DNA from: Syntrophorhabdaceae bacterium
GTDB lineage: Bacteria; Desulfobacterota; Syntrophorhabdia; Syntrophorhabdales; Syntrophorhabdaceae
Length of the DNA stretch: 64,000 nucleotides
Assembly: GCA_026415675.1 (NCBI GenBank)
Contig: JAOAGQ010000022.1
Location: forward strand, 4,087 to 68,086
Direction: 5' to 3'
The notes beneath the pieces are model-generated. The model worked only from the letters and a program-made list of their open reading frames with translations, was not told where the DNA came from and made no database searches. The translations under genes were made by a program, and so were the position numbers. Below, in pieces: positions 58,491 through 64,000 of this stretch (position 1 is its first letter; every line of letters starts with the position of its first letter).

Positions 58491-61064
58491 AAAGGTTAAA
58501 TCCCCTTTCTTATCCACATCTACAACGATTCTCTCCCCTTCTTTGATCTCACCTTTTAGTATGCTCATCGCAAGGGTATCCTGGATCCTCTTCTGGATAA
58601 ACCTCTTTAAGGGCCTCGCCCCGTACACAGGATCGTACCCTTCTTTTGCAACAAGGTTTATCACATCCTCCGTAAAGTCGAGTTCTATGCCCCGGTCCGC
58701 CACCCTCTTCGAGAGATAGGAGAGCTGTAGTCTTGCTATCTTTTTGATCTCATCGAAACCGAGGGATTTAAATATGATGATCTCGTCTATCCTGTTTAAG
58801 AACTCGGGTTTGAAGTGGAGTTTTACCGCCTCCGATACCCTTCTTTTCATCTCTTCGTGGTCTTTCCCTGCAAGCTCTGTTATCCACTGACTCCCTATGT
58901 TCGAGGTCATGATAATCGCTGTATTTTTAAAGTCTACGGTATGACCCTGTCCGTCGGTTAGCCTCCCATCATCGAGAACCTGTAACAGGACATTGAAGAC
59001 CTCGGGGTGTGCCTTCTCCACCTCATCGAGGAGTATGATAGAGTAGGGTTTTCTCCTTACCGCCTCCGTTAAGTATCCCCCCTCCTCATAGCCGACATAT
59101 CCTGGAGGGGCCCCTATGAGTCTCGAGACAGAGTGCTTTTCCATAAATTCACTCATATCTATCCTCACTATGGCCTGCTCATCATCGAAGAGGAATTCTG
59201 CAAGGGCCTTGGCAAGCTCTGTCTTACCGACCCCTGTTGGCCCGAGGAACAAAAAGGAGCCGAGGGGTCTATTTGGATCCTGTAGGCCTGCCCTGGCACG
59301 CCTTATGGTATTCGAAACAGCGTTTACCGCCTCGTCCTGTCCTATGACCCTCATGTGGAGCCTCTCTTCCATCCTGACGAGTTTTTCCATCTCCCCTTCC
59401 AGCATCTTCGATACGGGGATACCTGTCCATTTGGAGACTACCTTTGCCACATCCTCCTCATCCACATCCTCTTTCAGCATTTTCCTTTCCTTCTGGAGTT
59501 CTGCGAGTTCCCTATTTTTCTCCTGCTGTTCCCTTTCGAGGGCAGAGATGAGCCCATACCTGATCTCCGCCACCTTCTCAAAGTCTCCCCTTCTCTCCGC
59601 CTCTTCCGCCTCGATCCTCGCCCTGTCTATCCTCTCTTTTATATCCCCTATCGCCATGATAAGGGCCTTCTCCTTTTCCCAGTGTTTTCTCTTTTCTCCA
59701 ACCTCAGCCTTGAGTTCCCCTAACTCCTCCTCGAGCCTCTTTCTCCTCTCGAGGGATGCCTCGTCCTTCTCCTTCTTCAATGCCTCTATCTCTATCTGGG
59801 TCTGGATAATCCTCCGCTCAATCTCATCTATCTCCGTAGGCACGCTATCGATCTCCATCCTAAGCTTTGAGGCAGCCTCATCGATAAGATCTATCGCCTT
59901 GTCGGGGAGAAACCTGTCCGTGATATACCTGTGGGATAGGGTTGCCGCAGCGATAAGGGCCGAATCCTTTATCCTTACCCCATGGTGGAGTTCGTATCTC
60001 TCCTTGAGCCCCCTTAAAATCGCTATGGTCTCTTCCACCGAGGGTTCTCCCACAAGAACAGGCTGGAATCTCCTCTCGAGGGCCGCATCCTTTTCTATGT
60101 ATTTTCTGTATTCATCAAGGGTGGTGGCGCCGATACAACGGAGTTCCCCCCTTGCAAGGGCAGGTTTTAACATGTTGGAGGCATCGATGGCACCCTGGGC
60201 ACCGCCTGCCCCGACGATCGTGTGGAGCTCATCTATAAAGAGTATGATGGAGCCCGATGCCTCATCTATCTCCTTTAGAACCGCCTTTAGCCTATCCTCA
60301 AATTCCCCCCTGTATTTGGCCCCGGCGAGCATGGAACCGAGGTCAAGGGCGAGGACCTTTTTGTTCTTCAGTGTCTCCGGGACATCGCCGCTTACGATCC
60401 TCTGGGCAAGGCCTTCCACAATCGCCGTCTTCCCCACCCCGGGTTCGCCTATGATCACAGGGTTATTTTTTGTCCTCCTCGAGAGGACCTGCATCACCCT
60501 TCTTACCTCCTCGTCCCTGCCTATCACCGGATCCAGTTTGCCTTTACGGGCCTCTTCCGTTAAATCCCTGCAATACCTCTGGAGGGCCTGATATTTATCC
60601 TCAGGGGCCTGGTCTACCACCCTCTGGGAACCCCTTATCTCTTTGAGAACCGCATATATCTTGTCTTTTGTTACGCCGTAGCTTTTCAGTATCGAATGGG
60701 CAGCTCCATCGGGGGTATCCGCTATCCCGATCAGGAGATGTTCGGTACTCACATATTCGTCCTTTAACCTTTCCGCCTCGTTAAAGGCAGTATCTATAGC
60801 CTGTTTTAGTCTCGGTGATATGTATACCTGAACGGCCCCCTCGACTCGTGGAAGCTTTTTCAACTCTCTCTCTACATCGTTTATGATATAGCTTGAATTT
60901 GCCCCGAGTTTATCGAGAAGGGGTTTTACTATTCCGTCTTTTTGGGAAACGAGACTGTACAATAGATGCTCATTTTCCAGCATCTGGCTCTTCATCGCCT
61001 CTGCCTTCCTCTGGGCATCCGCAAAGGCCTCCTGCGCTTTTATCGTTAACTTTTCCCAGTTCAT
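58476..61064 (-). CDS. clpB: AAA+ disaggregase ClpB
   Basis: 862 aa with Clp_N repeats, NBD1 GEPGVGKT, a long coiled-coil M domain, NBD2 GPTGVGKT and the GARPLKR sensor. Confidence 0.95.
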   Translation of the reverse strand: MNWEKLTIKAQEAFADAQRKAEAMKSQMLENEHLLYSLVSQKDGIVKPLLDKLGANSSYIINDVERELKKLPRVEGAVQVYISPRLKQAIDTAFNEAERLKDEYVSTEHLLIGIADTPDGAAHSILKSYGVTKDKIYAVLKEIRGSQRVVDQAPEDKYQALQRYCRDLTEEARKGKLDPVIGRDEEVRRVMQVLSRRTKNNPVIIGEPGVGKTAIVEGLAQRIVSGDVPETLKNKKVLALDLGSMLAGAKYRGEFEDRLKAVLKEIDEASGSIILFIDELHTIVGAGGAQGAIDASNMLKPALARGELRCIGATTLDEYRKYIEKDAALERRFQPVLVGEPSVEETIAILRGLKERYELHHGVRIKDSALIAAATLSHRYITDRFLPDKAIDLIDEAASKLRMEIDSVPTEIDEIERRIIQTQIEIEALKKEKDEASLERRKRLEEELGELKAEVGEKRKHWEKEKALIMAIGDIKERIDRARIEAEEAERRGDFEKVAEIRYGLISALEREQQEKNRELAELQKERKMLKEDVDEEDVAKVVSKWTGIPVSKMLEGEMEKLVRMEERLHMRVIGQDEAVNAVSNTIRRARAGLQDPNRPLGSFLFLGPTGVGKTELAKALAEFLFDDEQAIVRIDMSEFMEKHSVSRLIGAPPGYVGYEEGGYLTEAVRRKPYSIILLDEVEKAHPEVFNVLLQVLDDGRLTDGQGHTVDFKNTAIIMTSNIGSQWITELAGKDHEEMKRRVSEAVKLHFKPEFLNRIDEIIIFKSLGFDEIKKIARLQLSYLSKRVADRGIELDFTEDVINLVAKEGYDPVYGARPLKRFIQKRIQDTLAMSILKGEIKEGERIVVDVDKKGDLTFKRGS

Positions 61065-61095
61065 GTTGTCACCTCTTATTTTTTTATAAATCTGT

Positions 61096-61139
61096 CGGCT
61101 TGTTTACCTTACCCTTATAATCCGGGTGGAAACAAGCCG
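61096..61139 (-). promoter_or_regulatory. perfect 10-bp inverted repeat in the clpB leader
   Basis: CGGCTTGTTT (61096-61105) and AAACAAGCCG (61130-61139) are separated by 24 nt. The element lies between the candidate promoter and the clpB Shine-Dalgarno (AAGAGGTG). Confidence 0.4.
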
Positions 61140-61148
61140 TTCTTCTCT

Positions 61149-61176
61149 AATATAATCACTGTTTTTTGAAAATCAA
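61149..61176 (-). promoter_or_regulatory. candidate clpB promoter
   Basis: Minus strand: TTGATT (61176-61171), 16 nt, TATATT (61154-61149). Confidence 0.35.
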
Positions 61177-61219
61177 TCGGTAGGATCGGGGGATAAAAGA
61201 CTCAAAAAAAAGACCTTGG

Positions 61220-61250
61220 AGGGTTGCCCTTTTCCCTTAAGGGCAACCCT
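61220..61250. terminator. strong GC-rich hairpin terminator between the PhlG-like operon and clpB
   Basis: AGGGTTGCCCTT (61220-61231) pairs perfectly with AAGGGCAACCCT (61239-61250) around a 7-nt loop. On the + strand it is flanked by A8 upstream and a T7 run downstream. In the minus orientation, the only one with an upstream gene, the U8 tract lies 8 nt after the stem. Confidence 0.7.
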
Positions 61251-61257
61251 TATTTTT

Positions 61258-62154
61258 TTAATCCTCAAAGATCTTTCCGCCGAGTTCCCTGTATATGTCC
61301 GGTAGCATGACCTTATAATTGGCAAATTCGTGGGCATTGTGGAGGGCGAGTCCCCTTATCGCCTCTTCGGGTACCTTCTCCCCTGGGGGTAAGACCTTGT
61401 CCGCTCTCCCCTTTTCGAGCCTGTAGCCCATCCAGAAGCGGGTACGCCACTCAATACCCCCCTCCACATCCCTTAAGATATGGCACATAACGGCACATCC
61501 CCTGGGTGCATGGGGGTCGTTTAACATCATCTCATCGCCGTAGCCGGCTACAAGCCCTGAGACATACGGCTTTTTGAACCTTTTCATATCAAAACCACAC
61601 TCTTCAGGGGATTTAAAGTGTATATGGATGAATTCGGGCCCCACACCAATATCCTCAACGGCATAGTGGGTCCTGCCCCAGAGGGTATCTTCGGGGATAC
61701 GACTCTTCGGGTCGAGGATCGCCTTACGGGTCTCAGGGCTTATGTAGTGGCCTATGTGGGACGGTTTGTACCATATCTTGTAACGGAGGTCGTTTAAGGT
61801 CATCCAGGTAAACCACCAGTAAACCATCTCCACCGTTACCCCAGGCATCTTATTAAGATTGGCAATAAAACCTGTTCCATCCGGCATCTGACACCAGCCT
61901 ATCTCGCAGTCAAGATATCCAGGTTCGAGTAGATCATTTATCTGTTCGGGGGTAATGGCCCTCGATGGGTCTATGGGCTTCTCCATAGCCTTTAATACGT
62001 CAGGGTCAGGGGGGTTTAAATCCCTGTAAAAGTATTTCGCATAGGGCTTCTTCTTTTCCTCTTCGGTTAAATCCCCTGTCCTCCATATTTCAACCTTTTC
62101 CCTCGGGGATGGGATAAATTCTGCACCTGTCTTTACCCATACTTCTTGAGACAT
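61258..62154 (-). CDS. DAPG/phloretin hydrolase (PhlG)-like C-C bond hydrolase family protein
   Basis: 298 aa. LLEPGYLDCEIGW..MPDG....ANLNKMPGVTVEMVYWWF.W.....RYKIWY.PSH and the C-terminal HNAHEF resemble the PhlG family blocks and Zn-ligand spacing as I remember them. Not verified by search. Confidence 0.5.
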   Translation of the reverse strand: MSQEVWVKTGAEFIPSPREKVEIWRTGDLTEEEKKKPYAKYFYRDLNPPDPDVLKAMEKPIDPSRAITPEQINDLLEPGYLDCEIGWCQMPDGTGFIANLNKMPGVTVEMVYWWFTWMTLNDLRYKIWYKPSHIGHYISPETRKAILDPKSRIPEDTLWGRTHYAVEDIGVGPEFIHIHFKSPEECGFDMKRFKKPYVSGLVAGYGDEMMLNDPHAPRGCAVMCHILRDVEGGIEWRTRFWMGYRLEKGRADKVLPPGEKVPEEAIRGLALHNAHEFANYKVMLPDIYRELGGKIFED

Positions 62155-62172
62155 GGTAACCTCCTTTTTTTC

Positions 62173-62949
62173 TCATCTTTCTTTATAGTGGATGGGCACT
62201 TCCTTTACAAAGAGATAGAAGGACATGCTCCAGTCACACCATCTTTTCTCATAATTCATTAAGGCCTCGTTATATTCCCGAAAGGCGGACAGGTGGTATG
62301 GGGTATCAAACCAGTAACTCGCAACACCATCGTAGTCGGGTACATTCACCGTTCCGAAATGGGCCTTTACATTATCGCTCTGTGCGAGCCTGTGACTCTG
62401 TACATATCTCCTCAACTCCTTCCTGCAGTAAGGCGCATTCTCCATCGCATATTCGTGGGCTTCGTTCCAGTACTGATAGAAGTCATCGAGGAATACACCT
62501 TCCGCACGTCTCAAGAATTGCATCACCTTTCCCGCCCCAACGCCTGAGGCAAGACCATAACCGGGGTTGAACGTATCGAGAGGGTTTGGTACCGGTTTTT
62601 CGTACTCTTCTGTTATCATGACGATAGTGTTTGGTTCATCGGCAAAAAATTTACCGTCCGAGGCGACCCATTTGACCACATCGGGGTGCATAAAACAGGC
62701 GTATAAATCGGGAAAACTCGCAAAGGATAGCTCAACGGCAGCATCACGGTTTGCGATCCCTCCGTATGTTGAGTCCTTTGTAGTCCCGAACGCACTGTCT
62801 ATCACATGATTCTGGGTATACCAGCCCATCTCAGGTCTACTGAATTTGTGGGAGATTGTTCCGTGGATAAACTGAAGGTACCTGAAATAATCTGCCTTTG
62901 TGAGTCCTGGTCTTCTCCTTGAACACGCAATGACCTTTGGCATAAACAC
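62173..62949 (-). CDS. tandem EthD-like (dimeric alpha/beta-barrel) domain protein
   Basis: 258 aa. Both halves begin like EthD domains: KVIACSRRRPGLTKADYFRYLQFIHG and GKVMQFLRRAEGVFLDDFYQYWNEAH. Confidence 0.55.
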   Translation of the reverse strand: MFMPKVIACSRRRPGLTKADYFRYLQFIHGTISHKFSRPEMGWYTQNHVIDSAFGTTKDSTYGGIANRDAAVELSFASFPDLYACFMHPDVVKWVASDGKFFADEPNTIVMITEEYEKPVPNPLDTFNPGYGLASGVGAGKVMQFLRRAEGVFLDDFYQYWNEAHEYAMENAPYCRKELRRYVQSHRLAQSDNVKAHFGTVNVPDYDGVASYWFDTPYHLSAFREYNEALMNYEKRWCDWSMSFYLFVKEVPIHYKER

Positions 62950-63020
62950 CTCCTTGTTCTCTACTGACCCTATTTTTTCTGTCAGTTATGTTTTTTCAAG
63001 CGTATTTTTGTGTAAAATCC

Positions 63021-63953
63021 TCATGCTCTTTTCTTATTTTTTTTACCGCCTTTACTCTCCGGTTTTACATAAGGCGTAAACTCTCTGTATTTCTTAAGTC
63101 TATCCTGTACAACATCCTTTGCTGCCTCGAACTTTCCATGGGTCTCCCTGATATCTTTGAAATGGGACCCCATACCCAGCGGTTCCCATCGGATATGCTT
63201 TAAATCTTCTTCACTCCAAGCGATATTGAACTCCCCGTTCGTAATGCTTACCATACCTTTTATCCCGCATATGGGGCATTCAACCGTTGCCTTTTTCATC
63301 ATCACAACAAGGTCAGAATGGCAGTAGGGGCAAGCCCCTGGTTCGTCCCCCATATACTCCACTTCCTCAACAGGCTTCTTCATGGCCGAAGCAACATTTA
63401 GACCGAGTTTTCTTGCCCTCGCCATGTGGTCATCCCTTAAGAGTACATGCCCCGGTCTTGCGACCCATGTGGCCACATACTTATCGACAACCTTTATGTT
63501 AAGCATAAAGAGGGCTACCATCATCTGGGGTAGAGCGAGTTGTACCCAGTCACTCCCCCCTGTGGCGATAGCGGCACCGACCCTTTTTTTCTTTTCGAAG
63601 ACACCCATTAAAAATCTCGGACCGAAGCCGAGAAAACGGTCGTTCATGGAACAGTAATTCCCTGAGGGTCTAAGTTCAAATACCGGTGAAGACAGGATAA
63701 GTCCATCACACTCCCAGAGCCTATCCTTAAGCCAGAGCATATCATCGTTCCACCGCACGCACTCCCCGGTTCCGCCCTTTGATAGACTCTGGGTACATCC
63801 CTCACATCCGGTACAGGGATTGATCTCAAGGTCAAAGAATCTCACCATCTCCACATCTATGTCCCCTATCTCTTTCGCTGCCATGAGAGCCTCTTTCAAA
63901 AGGATCTCTCCATTTCCCATCTTTCTGCCTGCACTCAAACCGAGTAACTTCAT
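63021..63953 (-). CDS. iron-sulfur flavoprotein-like NADPH-dependent FMN reductase fold protein with C-terminal zinc-ribbon
   Basis: Flavodoxin-like start MKLLGLSAGRKMGNGE, compact Cys motif CTGCEGC...C, SSPVF motif, and a CPYC...CPIC ribbon near the C-terminus. AGGAGGGG Shine-Dalgarno lies upstream. Confidence 0.65.
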   Translation of the reverse strand: MKLLGLSAGRKMGNGEILLKEALMAAKEIGDIDVEMVRFFDLEINPCTGCEGCTQSLSKGGTGECVRWNDDMLWLKDRLWECDGLILSSPVFELRPSGNYCSMNDRFLGFGPRFLMGVFEKKKRVGAAIATGGSDWVQLALPQMMVALFMLNIKVVDKYVATWVARPGHVLLRDDHMARARKLGLNVASAMKKPVEEVEYMGDEPGACPYCHSDLVVMMKKATVECPICGIKGMVSITNGEFNIAWSEEDLKHIRWEPLGMGSHFKDIRETHGKFEAAKDVVQDRLKKYREFTPYVKPESKGGKKNKKRA

Positions 63954-64000
63954 TTAGCCCCTCCTAAAAAATTAAACGTGTATAAAATAGCCTGTATAAT

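Noticed and set aside
59116-60591. 491-aa + strand ORF, the longest unexplained ORF in the track
   Set aside because: It lies entirely antisense to clpB, whose motifs are unmistakable. The product is a Ser/Leu/Phe-rich low-complexity string typical of the reverse frame of a Glu/Lys/Arg-rich gene. I saw no Shine-Dalgarno or promoter.
62963-62986. ACTGAC-N12-GTCAGT hairpin in the gap between the flavoprotein and EthD genes
   Set aside because: It has only 6 bp and no U-tract in the transcribed (minus) orientation. It is probably fortuitous or at most a minor mRNA structure.

Overview
Chromosomal segment of an anaerobic bacterium, mid-40s % GC by eye, with AGA/AGG/ATA-rich codon usage. Gene content resembles sulfate-reducer / Desulfobacterota-Nitrospirota type lineages: fused NfnAB, Mop-type aldehyde oxidoreductase, split-Soret-like cytochrome, benzoate-CoA ligase and selenium genes. 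About 50 protein genes are tightly packed on both strands, plus one SRP RNA. I saw no rRNA, tRNA, CRISPR array, transposase or integrase. Housekeeping blocks are ffs-dnaX-ybaB-recR, ligA, rlmD, clpB, hrcA-grpE-dnaJ, pcm, rluD, tal and selA. Main leads follow. (1) At 12.3-22.05 kb, an S8 serine protease, a C10 cysteine protease and a 1558-aa protein with 28 Asp-box blades lie in one co-oriented cluster. All three end in the same Trp/Gly-rich C-terminal domain of about 170 aa, which is itself an internal duplication and which I cannot assign to a known anchoring or sorting domain. (2) Upstream of yedE-yedF-selA there is a leader with a near-perfect Shine-Dalgarno and an 11-codon ORF ending in UGA. 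A SECIS-like hairpin starts 9 nt later, and purine and pyrimidine tracts can compete with the yedE ribosome-binding site. This is a candidate selenocysteine-sensing leader. Secondary leads are a cysE/UPF0280(COG2122)/NIL-ferredoxin/NifS sulfur-trafficking cluster, a NYN-nuclease-like gene paired with a compact UvrD helicase, a PhlG-like hydrolase/EthD/iron-sulfur flavoprotein operon, a Tat-signal protein carrying CxxCH motifs, and a YihY-cNMP-binding fusion. All homology calls rest on motif recognition by eye. No database search was run.
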